From an uncultured Holophagae bacterium (lineage in GTDB: Bacteria; Acidobacteriota; Thermoanaerobaculia; Thermoanaerobaculales; Sulfomarinibacteraceae), in assembly GCA_963718055.1 (NCBI GenBank), contig CAVQXZ010000001.1, forward strand, positions 848,983 to 912,982: a stretch of DNA of 64,000 nt. The letters are read 5' to 3'. The notes under the pieces are model-generated. The model was not told where the DNA came from, did not search any database, and saw only the letters and a program-made list of their open reading frames with translations. Below, piece after piece: positions 47,660-56,976 of this stretch. Within the stretch, counting starts at the first letter, position 1. Each line of letters opens with the position of its first letter. The position numbers were made by a program, and so were the translations under genes.

Positions 47660-48780
47660 CGGTCGATCTCTCCGAGGACGATGTCGAGGGTTCCGATCAC
47701 CGCGACCAGGTCGGCCACGAGGTGACCCCGGACCATGTCGGGCAGCAGCTGCAGGTTGACGAACGACGGCGGCCGCACCCGGCAACGGTAGGGCTCGGTG
47801 GCCTTGTCGGTGGTCACGATGAAGTAGCCGAGCTCGCCCTTGGGCGCTTCGACCGAACCGTAGACCATGCCGTCGCGGGCCCGCAGCACCTTCGGGATCT
47901 TGGCAATGACCGGGCCGTCGGGCAGCCGGTCGAGGCACTGGCGCAGGATGCGGACCGACTGCCGCATTTCGACCATCCGCACCAGGTAGCGGTCGTAGGT
48001 GTCGCCGTTCTTGCCGATCGGAATCTCGAAGTCGATCTCGTCGTAGCGGTCGTAGGGGAAAACCTTCCGGATGTCCCAGCGAACCCCGGAGCCGCGCAGC
48101 GGCGGACCGGTGAGGCCCCAGTCGATGGCGTCCTCGGGCGACACCACGCCGATGCCGATGGTCCGCTTCTTCCAGATCCGGTTGTTGGTCAGCAGCTGCT
48201 CGTACTCGTCGATGTGGGCCGGGAACGCGTCGACCAGGGCCGAGCACCGCTCGACCCAGCCCGCGGGCAGTTCGAACGGCACGCCGCCGATCTTCATCGT
48301 GTTCAGCGTCAGCCGCGCGCCGCAGTACTCCTCGAACAGGTCGAGGATCGCGTCGCGCTCGCGAAAGGTGTAGAAGAAGGGGGTGATGGCCCCGATGTCG
48401 ATGGCGTGGGTGGCCAGCCAGACCAGGTGCGACGCCAGCCGCTGGAGCTCGGCCAGCATCATCCGGATGTAGGCGGCGCGCGGCGGAATCGTGATTCCCA
48501 GCAGCTTCTCCATCGCGACGCAGAAACCCTGGTTGTTGGTTGCTGCGGCGACGTAGTCCATCCGGTCGGTGTGCGGGATGCATTGCGGGAACGGCATCGT
48601 CTCGAACAGCTTCTCGGTGCCGCGGTGGAGGTAGCCGATGATCGGCTTGGCGTCGACGATCTTCTCGCCGTCGAGCTTGAGCTGGACGCGCAGCACGCCG
48701 TGGGTGGCCGGGTGCTGCGGGCCGAAGCTGAGCTCCATCTCCTCGACGTCGAACAGCGAAGGGAGCCGTCGATCGGTCAT
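47656..48780 (-). CDS. nuoD: NADH-quinone oxidoreductase subunit D
   Basis: ATG 48780 overlaps the nuoC stop (ATGA). FGPQHPATHGVLR, GYLHRGTEKL, TDRMDYV, and PKGELGYFIVT...RCRVRPPSFVNLQ. Confidence 0.95.
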   Translation of the reverse strand: MTDRRLPSLFDVEEMELSFGPQHPATHGVLRVQLKLDGEKIVDAKPIIGYLHRGTEKLFETMPFPQCIPHTDRMDYVAAATNNQGFCVAMEKLLGITIPPRAAYIRMMLAELQRLASHLVWLATHAIDIGAITPFFYTFRERDAILDLFEEYCGARLTLNTMKIGGVPFELPAGWVERCSALVDAFPAHIDEYEQLLTNNRIWKKRTIGIGVVSPEDAIDWGLTGPPLRGSGVRWDIRKVFPYDRYDEIDFEIPIGKNGDTYDRYLVRMVEMRQSVRILRQCLDRLPDGPVIAKIPKVLRARDGMVYGSVEAPKGELGYFIVTTDKATEPYRCRVRPPSFVNLQLLPDMVRGHLVADLVAVIGTLDIVLGEIDR

Positions 48781-49585
48781 GACTCCCCCTTGGCGTCGGC
48801 CTTGGGCTCGGGCTGCTCGAGCTCCTCGGGGCGCAGTGGCCCGCCGCCCGGTGGGTAGACGTCCGGGTAGATGGCGGCGCCGGTGTCGATCCCCTCGACC
48901 GGGAAGTCTTTGCGCAGCGGATGGCCGTTGAAGCCTTCCCAGGTGAGAATGCGCTCGAGGGCCGGGTGGCCTTCGAAGTGGATCCCGAACATGTCGAAGA
49001 CCTCGCGCTCGAGCCAGTTGGCGGTCCGCCACACGCCGGTGACCGATGCGATCGAGGGCTCCGCGGGGAGGGCGGCGAGCAGGCGGATCCGCTTGGAGTC
49101 GTCGAAGCGGTGCATCCAGTAAACGACGTCGAAGCGACCCTGCTCGCGCTCGCGCCAGTCGATCGCCGTCAGGTCGACCAGAAACTTGAATCCGCGCCCG
49201 GTCTTGAGGGCGCGGCAGATGTCGACGATCTTGCCGGCGGGGACCGTCACCGTGACATCGCCCGCAAAGCGGTCCGCGGCGAGCACCGAGCCGTCGACCG
49301 CGGCCGCCAGCGCCGCCACGTCCGGGTCGGCCGAGGCGTCCTCGTGCTCGGGGGTGACCGGCTTGGTCTCCCACGGCTGCTTGGGCTCCTCGGGCGCCGC
49401 CTCCTTGGCGGCCTTGGCGGCCGCGGCCTTGGCCTTGGCCGCGGCGATCTTGGCCGCCTTCTCCTCGTCGGTCGGCGCGGCCTTGGGGGCCTCCCCGCTC
49501 GCGGGGGCAGCGTCCGGCGCGGCGCCGGCCGGCTTCTCGGGGGCGCCCGGTGGGTGGTCGGGGGGGTCTTCTCGTTGTCGCTCAT
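48777..49585 (-). CDS. nuoC: NADH-quinone oxidoreductase subunit C with a Lys/Ala/Pro-rich N-terminal extension; frame break in a 7-nt homopolymer (49560-49566)
   Basis: The core is ORF 48777..49319 (DLTAIDW, WRTANWLEREVFDMFGIHFEGHP). Upstream, the same frame stays coding-like (EKPAGAAPDAAPASGEAPKAAPTDEEKAAKIAAAKAKAAAAKAAKEAAPEEPKQPWETKPV). ATG 49585 (MSDNEK) joins it if the C7 run were C8. The alternative is an internal GTG start at 49319. Confidence 0.8.
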
Positions 49586-49592
49586 GGCTGCC

Positions 49593-50081
49593 TCACGAGG
49601 CCCGGCGCCGCGCGATGGTCATCCGGTCGATCTTGCGCTGCAGCTGCATCAGGCCGTAGAGCAGCGCCTCCGGCCGTGGCGGGCAGCCCGGAATGAACAC
49701 GTCGACCGGCATCAGCCGGTCCACGCCCTGGGTCACGGCGTAGGTCCGGTAGGGGCCGCCACAGGTCGCGCACGAGCCCATGGCGATGACCCACTTCGGC
49801 TCCGCCATCTGGTGGTAGAGGCGCTTGACGATCGGCGCCATCTTCTCGGTGACGGTGCCGGAGACGATCATCAGGTCGGCCTGCCGCGGGGTGCCCCGGA
49901 ACACCTCGGCACCGAAGCGCGCCATGTCGAAGCGCGGGTCGAGCACCGCCATCATCTCGATGGCGCAGCAGGCGAGACCGAACTGCATCGGCCACAGCGA
50001 GCTGCGGCGTGCCCAGTTGAAGAGAAGGTCGTACGAGGTGGTGATGATGTTGCGGTCGAAGCGACCCTCGATCAGGCCCAT
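49593..50081 (-). CDS. nuoB: NADH-quinone oxidoreductase subunit B
   Basis: ATG 50081. [45 protein letters not shown], and [15 protein letters not shown]. Confidence 0.95.
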   Translation of the reverse strand: MGLIEGRFDRNIITTSYDLLFNWARRSSLWPMQFGLACCAIEMMAVLDPRFDMARFGAEVFRGTPRQADLMIVSGTVTEKMAPIVKRLYHQMAEPKWVIAMGSCATCGGPYRTYAVTQGVDRLMPVDVFIPGCPPRPEALLYGLMQLQRKIDRMTIARRRAS

Positions 50082-50428
50082 TCCAGCGCCCCCCTCCGCC
50101 ATGCGTACACGTAGCCGACGAGCAGGATCGCCAGGAAGACGACCATCTCGATGAAGCCGAACAGCGCCAGCCGCTCGAACATCACCGCCCACGGGAAGAG
50201 GAAGATGGTCTCCACGTCGAAGACCACGAACAGCACCGCGATCAGGTAGTAGCGGATGGAGAAGCGGGTGTCGAGGGCGAGGGTCGGCGCCTTCACCCCG
50301 CACTCGTAGGGCTCGCTCTTCACCGGGTCCGCCGAGCCGGCCCGCACCACCGCTGCGAGCAGCAAAGCGATGATCGGGAACGAGATGGCGACCAGGATGA
50401 AGACCAGGATGGGGATGTAATGCGCCAT
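50072..50428 (-). CDS. nuoA: NADH-quinone oxidoreductase subunit A
   Basis: [34 protein letters not shown]. Confidence 0.95.
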   Translation of the reverse strand: MAHYIPILVFILVAISFPIIALLLAAVVRAGSADPVKSEPYECGVKAPTLALDTRFSIRYYLIAVLFVVFDVETIFLFPWAVMFERLALFGFIEMVVFLAILLVGYVYAWRRGALEWA

Positions 50429-50749
50429 AGACCCCCCTCGACAGGGCCGGCCTATTCTAGTGCCGCCAGACCTCGTGTCAACGATTTCACGAGGCCCGCA
50501 GATGGAGCCGGAGGCTCGCGACCTTCGGCTGCCACGTCGACACGGGCCGTGGGTCGTGGATCGTGGCGAATCGCATCCGCCCGCTTCCGCATCGGCGCCC
50601 GAGTGTTCACTGCGACTCCCGGCGGTCCGGCTGGCAGCGCCACCGCACCGGCCGGTGCCTGGCTGGATCCTCCACCTCGATGCCCGTCGGACGCGGCAAC
50701 CGGCGCGGGCGAGGGGATCGCCAGCCCGGTCCGGCGGGGACGCCGGCCT

Positions 50750-52296
50750 TCAACCTCCTCTCGCCCCGCCCGCCTCCCGGTCGAGGCTGCGGTAAGCAAT
50801 CGCCTCGGCGACGTGGGCGGCGGAGATCGACTCGGCGTCGGCGAGGTCCGCGATCGAGCGCGCCACCCGCAGGATCCGATGCCAGGCCCGCGCCGACAGG
50901 CCGAGCGCCCGGCTCGCCTGCTCGAGCAGCCGCCGGCCGTCGTCGTCGGGGCGCGCCCATCGCCGGATCGCGTCCGGTCCCATGTCGGCGTTGCAGCGCA
51001 GGCCGCCCTCCGCGAGCCGGGCGGCTTGGCGCTGCCTGGCCGCCCACACGCGCTCGGCGACGGCGCGCGAAGGCTCCCCCCGACGGTCGTCGGCGAGGGC
51101 CCGCCACGGCACGGCCGGCACCTGGACCTGGAGGTCGATCCGGTCGACGAGCGGTCCAGACAGGCGGGACCGGTAGCGGTGGACGGCGTGCGGCGTGCAC
51201 AGGCAGTCGCGGCGGTCGTCGCCGAGGTGGCCGCAGGGGCACGGGTTGGCGGCGGCCACCAGCTGGAAGCCGGCCGGGAAGCTGAGGCTCGAGCGGGCCC
51301 GCGACACCGTGACCACACGGTCCTCGAGCGGCTGGCGGAGGCCCTCGAGGGCGTCGCGCCGGAACTCGGTGAGCTCGTCGAGGAAGAGCACGCCGTTGTG
51401 GGCCAGGGAGACCTCGCCCGGCTGAGGGTTGGCGCCGCCGCCGACCAGGGCGGCCAGCGACACCGTGTGGTGGGGCGCCCGGAACGGCCGCCACTCGAGC
51501 AGGCCCGAGGGCCGCGGCACCCGGGTCGACACCGAGTAGACGCAGGTCGTCTCGATCGCCTCCTCCGCCGTCAGCGGCGGGAGGATGCCGGGCAGGCGCC
51601 GGGCCAGCATCGACTTGCCGCTGCCCGGGGGGCCCATCAGCAGCAGGTGGTGGCCGCCGGCCGCCGCCACCTCGAGGGCGCGCCGGGCCTGCTCCTGGCC
51701 GACCACGTCGGCGAGGTCGGGCTGGGGGGCGGCAGCGGGCTCCGGCCGTGCCCATCGCCGGGGGCTTCGGGCTCGAACCGCGTCCCGGACCGCAGGTACT
51801 CCACGACCTGGCCGAGGGTGGCGGCCGCCACGACCTCGATACCCGCCACCACGCCGGCCTCGCGCGCGTTGGCGGCCGGCAGCACGATCTCGGGGACGCC
51901 GTGGTCGCGCGCGGCGAGCGCGATCGGCAGCACGCCCCGCACCGGCTGCAGCCGCCCCTCGAGCGACAGCTCCCCGAGCAGCAGCCGGTTGGCGAGGCGG
52001 TCGATCGGGAGGTGCCCGGCGGCGGCCAGGAAGGCCACGGCCATCGGCAGGTCGAGGGTGGCACCCTCCTTGCGCTCGTCGGCCGGCGCCAGGTTGATGA
52101 CCACGTTGGCCGGCTCGGAGCGTCGGCCGAGATGGCGGATGGCGGAGAAGATCCGTTCGCGGGCCTCGCGGACCGCGGTGTCCGGCAAGCCGACCACGGT
52201 GACCGACGGCATTTGGGCGCGGATCCGGTCGACCTCGACGGTCACGAACAGCGCGCCGATGCCGCGCGCCGTGGCGGAGTAGGCCTTGGCGAGCAC
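50750..52296 (-). CDS. comM: YifB/ComM-family Mg-chelatase-like AAA+ ATPase; frame break near 51744-51747
   Basis: GTG 52296 (GGGAGG upstream). The N-terminal Lon-like domain (FVTVEVDRIRAQMPSVTVVGLPDTAVREARERI, DLPMAVAFLAAAG) is in one frame. The AAA core is in the next: LADVVGQEQARRALEVAAAGGHHLLLMGPPGSGKSMLARRLPGILPPL, NGVLFLDELTEF, ANPCPCG, and DRIDLQV. The span length is 3n+2. Confidence 0.85.
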
Positions 52297-52367
52297 ACGA
52301 ACCTCCCTTCGTGAATGAAGCCCTCGCTCGCGGCATCCCGGTGGAGCCGCGTCACTTCTCTTAAGGA

Positions 52368-52390
52368 GTTGAACGTTGAACGTTGAACGT
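52368..52390. repeat. Tandem heptamer (GTTGAAC)x3
   Basis: GTTGAACGTTGAACGTTGAACGT read directly. It lies 72-94 nt upstream of the comM start on the opposite strand and contains two AACGTT palindromes. Confidence 0.7.
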
Positions 52391-52425
52391 GGGGGCCGCG
52401 CTCGTGGTCTGACTGCCTTCATCAT

Positions 52426-52505
52426 TTCCAGAATCCGTCCGCGGCCGGAGGGGACCCTGATCATGAGACTCGGGCCGGGGGGTCGGCCGCGGTCGGATTC
52501 TGGAA
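52426..52505. repeat. Long inverted repeat (22-bp arms, 21/22 complementary, 36-nt loop) between comM and ssrA
   Basis: TTCCAGAATCCGTCCGCGGCCG (52426-52447) pairs with CGGCCGCGGTCGGATTCTGGAA (52484-52505). Confidence 0.7.
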
Positions 52506-52528
52506 GGGTGGGTGGGTGGGCGGGGGAG

Positions 52529-52537
52529 TGCTACAAT
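52529..52537 (+). promoter_or_regulatory. Putative extended -10 element for ssrA
   Basis: TGCTACAAT (the TGn-TACAAT pattern) ends 21 nt before the mature tmRNA 5' end. No good -35 is visible. Confidence 0.4.
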
Positions 52538-52557
52538 CTTCGCGACCGTTGAATCAT

Positions 52558-52905
52558 GGGGGCGTCCAGGGTTCGACGGGGGACAAGTCCGGCTGTCGGC
52601 AGCGTGTCGAGGTCCACCCGCTCGTATCAGGGTGGAACAACACAACAGCCAACAGCAACTACGCTCTGGCCGCGTAAGTCGGCCACGTCGCTCCCGAGGC
52701 TCCGCCCGTCGGCCTGGGTTCGGCGCTGCTTGACGGGCTGGGTCGCCGCGAAGCCCGGGCGCGGTGACCGAGAACTCACGGGCTGGCCCTGCGGAGCGGT
52801 TGCCCGCTGACCGACCGCGGGGCGAGATCAACTAGCGGGCTGCGCACGGAGAAGCCGCCGGCCGGAGTCCCTCGGACGTGGGTTCGATTCCCACCGCCTC
52901 CACCA
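52558..52905 (+). ncRNA. ssrA: tmRNA (SsrA); encoded tag ends ...ANSNYALAA-stop
   Basis: The 5' end GGGGGCGTCCAGGGTTCGACGGGG pairs with the 3' end ...GGACGTGGGTTCGATTCCCACCGCCTCCACCA (acceptor stem with G3:U, T-arm, CCA). The internal ORF reads GCC AAC AGC AAC TAC GCT CTG GCC GCG TAA. Confidence 0.95.
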
Positions 52906-52917
52906 GGTCCTCTTTTC

Positions 52918-54348
52918 ATGCAGCGACGCCATGCCGTGATGCTCGCCCTGATCCTGTGTGTGGGATCGGCGATGGCGCAGGAGCAGCCGGGCTCCGGCGC
53001 GACGATCGAGTTCCGCTTCGGCGAGCGGTCGCTGACGGCGGCGAGCCTCGGGTCGCGGGTCGAGATCATGCCGGTGCTGGCGCTGGTCGGCGCTGAGGCC
53101 AGCTTTTCGGCGGCCGCCGACACCTACAGCGTGACCTACCAGGGGCACGTGATCCAGTTCGCGGTCGGCCGCCGCTTCGTCCTCGTCGACGGCAAGCTCC
53201 AGGAGGCCCCTGATCAGCCCGCCGCGTCGCCGGGCGGCGTGGCGGCGAGCGTCGACTTTCTCGAGCAGGTCCTGCTCGGGCCGATCGGCTTCCACCTCGA
53301 GCCGGCACCTGCCGGCTACCAGATTGTGGCCGGCGCCCGGTTTTCCGAGCCGGTGACCATCCGCCCGGCGGCCGCCGACTTCGGAGCGACCACGACCCTG
53401 GTGCTCACCCTCGACCGTCCGGTCAAGGCCACGGTCCTGGACACCACGGACGGGCTGGTGGTCCGGTTCCCGGATGCCTCGCCCCGGATCGACAACTCGC
53501 TGCCCTTCCGGTCGCAGCGGGTGGTCGCGCTCACCAGCCGCGGCCAGGAGCTCGTCGTCCGCGCGCAGAGCGGGATCGGCCTGCTCAACTGGCACACGCT
53601 GACCGGGCCCGACCGTGTGATCATCGAGCTCGGCTCGGTGCAGGCGTCGGCCGCGCCGGTTCCGGCCGATATCGCCGAGCGCGCCGGCCCGCGGCCGATC
53701 GTCATCGACCCGGGCCACGGCGGGAGCGACACCGGGGCGGTGTCGGGCAGCGGGACGGTCGAGAAGGATGTGGTGCTGTCGGTCGCCCGCCGGCTGGCCG
53801 GCATCCTCGCCGGCCAGGGCCACACGGTGCGGCTCACCCGTCCCGGCGACGAGGCGCGGGGCCTGACCGATCGCACCGCGCTGGCCAACCGCGTCGATGC
53901 AGTCGCCTTCGTGTCGCTGCATGCCAACGCGTCGACCGTGGCATCGGTGCAGGGTGCCGAGACCTACTACATGAGCCTCGACGACAGCTCGACCGATGAG
54001 CACGCCGCCGCCACGGCCCAGCTCGAGAACTTCGCCGATACCGGCGGCGCCCGATCCGACCTCGATCTGATCCTCTGGGATCTCGCGCAGGCCGAGGTGC
54101 TCAACCAGAGCGCCGAGCTCGCGCTGGCGGTGCAGAACCGGCTCAACGAGCGCCTCGGGCTCAAGGACCGCGGCGTCAAGCAGGCTCCCTTTGCCGTCCT
54201 GACCGGCGCCACGATGCCGGCGATCCTGGTCGAGATCGGCTTCCTCTCCAACCCCGCCGAAGCGCAGCAGCTCGAGAGTGCGGATCACCAACAGCGGCTC
54301 GCCGAGGCCCTCGCGTTCGGCATCGACGACTTCGTGCGGTCGCGATGA
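52918..54348 (+). CDS. N-acetylmuramoyl-L-alanine amidase (Amidase_3/AmiC-like) with an N-terminal AMIN-like region
   Basis: IVIDPGHGGSDTGAV, AFVSLHANA, GAETYY, DRGVKQAPFAVLTGATMPAILVEIGFLSNPAEA. Confidence 0.9.
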   Translation: MQRRHAVMLALILCVGSAMAQEQPGSGATIEFRFGERSLTAASLGSRVEIMPVLALVGAEASFSAAADTYSVTYQGHVIQFAVGRRFVLVDGKLQEAPDQPAASPGGVAASVDFLEQVLLGPIGFHLEPAPAGYQIVAGARFSEPVTIRPAAADFGATTTLVLTLDRPVKATVLDTTDGLVVRFPDASPRIDNSLPFRSQRVVALTSRGQELVVRAQSGIGLLNWHTLTGPDRVIIELGSVQASAAPVPADIAERAGPRPIVIDPGHGGSDTGAVSGSGTVEKDVVLSVARRLAGILAGQGHTVRLTRPGDEARGLTDRTALANRVDAVAFVSLHANASTVASVQGAETYYMSLDDSSTDEHAAATAQLENFADTGGARSDLDLILWDLAQAEVLNQSAELALAVQNRLNERLGLKDRGVKQAPFAVLTGATMPAILVEIGFLSNPAEAQQLESADHQQRLAEALAFGIDDFVRSR

Positions 54349-54906
54349 GCAGGCGCGTCCTCCTCATCCTGTTGGCGGCGCTGGTTGCTGTCGCGGTCCT
54401 GGTGTGGGTGCTGCGCAGCGGACCCTCCCGCATTGCCCTGCAACGCCGAAACGGCTGAGCTGCGGATCCCGCCGACCCCCACGCCGGCCCCGACCCAGCG
54501 GATCATGCTGCTGTTCGCCGGCGCCGACGGCCAGCTGCACCCCGAGCTGCGGGAGGTGCCGCTGCCGGCCGAGGTCCACGAGCGGGCACGGGTGGTGGTT
54601 CGCGAGCTGCTGGCAGGGCCGACCGCCGGCCTCGCGCCGGTGGTGCCCTACCCGGCCGAGGTCAGCGCCGTGTTCGTCGACCAGTCCGGCCTCGCGTTCA
54701 TCGACATCACCGCGCCGCCCACGCCGCTTCAGGGCAGCAACATCGAGCTGATGCTGGTCTACGGGGTGGTCGACTCGGTGCTGCTCAACTGCCCGGAGCT
54801 GCGGGCGGTGCAGATCCTGTTCGGGGGCGCCGAGGTGCCAACGCTGACCGGTCACCTCGACCTGTCGAAGCCGCTCGTGCTCAACCGGCGGTTCATCGCC
54901 TCATGA
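54345..54906 (+). CDS. GerMN-domain protein; probable frame break between the signal anchor and the domain (about 54415-54445)
   Basis: ATG 54345 overlaps the amidase stop (ATGA) and encodes MSRRVLLILLAALVAVAVLVWVL, then stops after 37 codons. The GerMN body (RIMLLFAGADGQLHPELREVPLP...ARVVVRELLAGP...AFIDIT...LMLVYGVVDSVLLNCPELRAVQILFGG) is in the +1 frame (ORF 54385..54906). Confidence 0.7.
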
Positions 54907-55703
54907 TGGACTTCGCTCGACCCCCGATCGGCGTGTTCGACTCCGGCGTCGGTGGCCTGACGGTGCTGCAGGAGATCCGCAAGCGATTGCCGGGCGAGGA
55001 CTACCTTTACCTTGGCGACACGGCGCGCCTGCCCTACGGCAGCAAGTCCCCGGCGACGGTCCAGCGCTACGCCCTCAACGCCGCCCGGCACCTGGTCGGC
55101 CGCGGGGTCAAGCTGCTGGTGGTGGCGTGCAACACCGCGTCGTCGTACGCGCTCGACGAGGTCGCCGCCGCCTGCCCGGTGCCGGTGGTTGGCGTGGTCG
55201 AGCCGGGCGTGCGGGCGGCGCTCGCCTCGCGCGCCCGGCGCATCGGGGTCATCGGAACTGAGGGCACGGTGCGCTCGGAGGCCTACCAACGGGCGCTCCG
55301 GCGAGCCGACCCGACGGTCATGATCGAGGCGGCCGCGTGCCCGCTGTTCGTGCCGCTCGCCGAGGAAGGCTGGAGCGATCACCCGGTGACCGATCTGGTG
55401 GCCGAGCACTACCTGCGCCCACTGCTGGATCGTGGCATCGAGGCACTGATCCTCGGCTGCACCCACTACCCGTTGCTGCGGCCGTCGCTCGAGCGGGTGG
55501 TTGGGCGGGAGGTCCGCCTGATCGACTCCGCGACCTCGGTGGCCGCTTCCGTGGTCGCGGACTACGGCGGCATGATGGACACCTGGTACGGGGAGGAGGG
55601 CGACGTGCACCTGCAGCTCAGCGACGCCTCCGACCGCTTTCTCGGTATCACCCGCCGGATCCTCGGCCGCGACCCCGAGCACCTCGAGGTCGTGGACATT
55701 TAG
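54903..55703 (+). CDS. murI: Glutamate racemase
   Basis: IGVFDSGVGGLTVL, YLGDTARLPYG, LLVVACNTAS, and LILGCTHYPLL. Confidence 0.95.
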   Translation: MMDFARPPIGVFDSGVGGLTVLQEIRKRLPGEDYLYLGDTARLPYGSKSPATVQRYALNAARHLVGRGVKLLVVACNTASSYALDEVAAACPVPVVGVVEPGVRAALASRARRIGVIGTEGTVRSEAYQRALRRADPTVMIEAAACPLFVPLAEEGWSDHPVTDLVAEHYLRPLLDRGIEALILGCTHYPLLRPSLERVVGREVRLIDSATSVAASVVADYGGMMDTWYGEEGDVHLQLSDASDRFLGITRRILGRDPEHLEVVDI

Positions 55704-55830
55704 GAGCGGGTAGGGCATAGGCCCCTCGGCGCACGCGGGTCGTAGGCCTCGGGGTGTGCGTGAGGCGTCGCGGTCGCTGGCTGGCCTACGCCCCACGCGC
55801 GCCGAGAAGGATGCGCTGCGCGCATCCAGA
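55701..55830 (+). repeat. Copy C of the structured repeat, starting at the murI TAG stop
   Basis: TAGGAGCGGGTAGGGCATAGGCCCCTCGG...GCCCCACGCGCGCCGAGAAGGATGCGCTGCGCGCATCC has the same head, hairpin layout and 19-nt palindrome (55809-55827) as 57715..57828. Confidence 0.7.
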
Positions 55831-55947
55831 AGGAGTTCGTACCGCAGTGGCCGTCCGACAACAACTCGGTCAACCACGTCCGCCGAAAGGCGAATGAGGT
55901 ACGAACTTCTAGCCACTTTGCGTGAATTCTGAGAGTCCCCACTCCAT

Positions 55948-56053
55948 CACCAGGATGCGCGCAGCGCATCCTCGGGAGATTGGAGGGCAGAGGCCACGCG
56001 CACGCGACGGCATCTGGACAACGTTGGGGGGCCTATGCCCTTCAATCTCCTAG
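55948..56053 (-). repeat. Copy D of the structured repeat (inverted), starting at the vapC TAG stop
   Basis: The minus strand reads TAGGAGATTGAAGGGCATAGGCCCCCC...GGATGCGCTGCGCGCATCC (palindrome 55953-55971). Its TAG is the stop codon of the 56050..56463 gene. Confidence 0.65.
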
Positions 56054-56463
56054 CCGATCACTCGAAGGCCGCTCGCCCTGGCGGCGGTCGCCAGCGCCTG
56101 GTCGTGGGTCGCCATCACGAGCGGGGAACCGGCCTGCTCTGCCCACATCAGGGCGGTCGCCAGGTGGATCGCGTCGAGCGTTCCCAGGTTCGTGGGCATC
56201 GGCTGCGAGGCGCGGGCAAGCACAGGCCGTGTGAGCTCGACGATCTCGAGTGATTCGAGGAGTCGAAACACCGCCTCGCGGCGAATGGCGATTTCATGGT
56301 CGTCCAGCGACTCGACGAGCCGCAGCCGGTCGAGGGTGCGAAGGCACTCCACCTCGACGAGGCGCGAGGCGACGCCGTCCTCGATCTCGGCCCACTGCGC
56401 CAGGGCATCGGACTGGCCGAGCACGACCCGCAGCAGAACCGACGAGTCGAGATAGGCGATCAC
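56050..56463 (-). CDS. vapC: PIN-domain toxin (VapC family)
   Basis: MIAYLDSSVLL (first acidic residue), EVECLR, and LGTLDAIHLATAL (conserved D). 137 aa. Overlaps the antitoxin stop. Confidence 0.85.
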   Translation of the reverse strand: MIAYLDSSVLLRVVLGQSDALAQWAEIEDGVASRLVEVECLRTLDRLRLVESLDDHEIAIRREAVFRLLESLEIVELTRPVLARASQPMPTNLGTLDAIHLATALMWAEQAGSPLVMATHDQALATAARASGLRVIG

Positions 56464-56720
56464 CGGTTTCCCTGCCGCTCCTCGAGCAGGAGCTCGACCA
56501 CGTCCCGCTCGATCCCGAGCGGCGACGGCAGCGAAACCTCGCGCAGGCGGGGGGTGGACGGTGGCGGCCTGCGGATGACCAGCGGCGACGTGTCATCGTA
56601 CGGGACCAGGCGGGCGACCGGGGTGTTACGGTCGAGCACGGTGATCGACTCGCCACGGCGGACCCGCCGCAGGTGCTCGCTCAGGCGGCTCTTGAGGTCG
56701 GCGATTCGGACATCCGTCAT
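56460..56720 (-). CDS. Type II antitoxin (Phd/YefM-like)
   Basis: MTDVRIADLKSRLSEHLRRVRRGESITVLDRNTPVARLVP. It is 86 aa (or 88 aa from ATG 56726). 4-nt overlap with vapC. Confidence 0.75.
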   Translation of the reverse strand: MTDVRIADLKSRLSEHLRRVRRGESITVLDRNTPVARLVPYDDTSPLVIRRPPPSTPRLREVSLPSPLGIERDVVELLLEERQGNR

Positions 56721-56755
56721 GACCATAAGATAACCATTTATGGTCACAAGATCAA
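56721..56755 (-). promoter_or_regulatory. Putative promoter and inverted-repeat operator of the antitoxin-vapC operon
   Basis: The minus strand reads TTGATC (56750-56755), N17, TATCTT (56727-56732), only 6 nt before the ATG, which would give a possibly leaderless mRNA. The inverted repeat GACCATAA-N9-TTATGGTC spans 56721-56745. Confidence 0.35.
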
Positions 56756-56976
56756 TGCGGTCGATCCTGTGACCCGTCAGATGAGAAAAGGACGCCAGGA
56801 TCTGGGGTTGCGAATCGAGCCTGCCGTTGGGCGCCCGGTTTGGCGACGGTCCCAAGCTCCCAGCCCCGCAGGACGGGCGCGAGTCGGATCCGGAGGCCGC
56901 GGCTCGAGGTCGGCACGCGTTCGACGGATCGGCTGACGGCGGATCCTGTACCCTGTGCCTGAAGCGAGGACCGACC

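Noticed and set aside
49247-49585. 112-aa ORF starting MSDNEK, as an independent Arg/Pro-rich protein.
   Set aside because: Only its first 6-9 codons are plausible. After the C7 run it is an off-frame reading of the Lys/Ala/Pro-rich NuoC N-terminal extension.
55700-55969. 89-aa minus-strand ORF in the murI-vapC spacer.
   Set aside because: It is composed of the two inverted repeat-element copies. The sequence is explained by the repeats rather than by coding.
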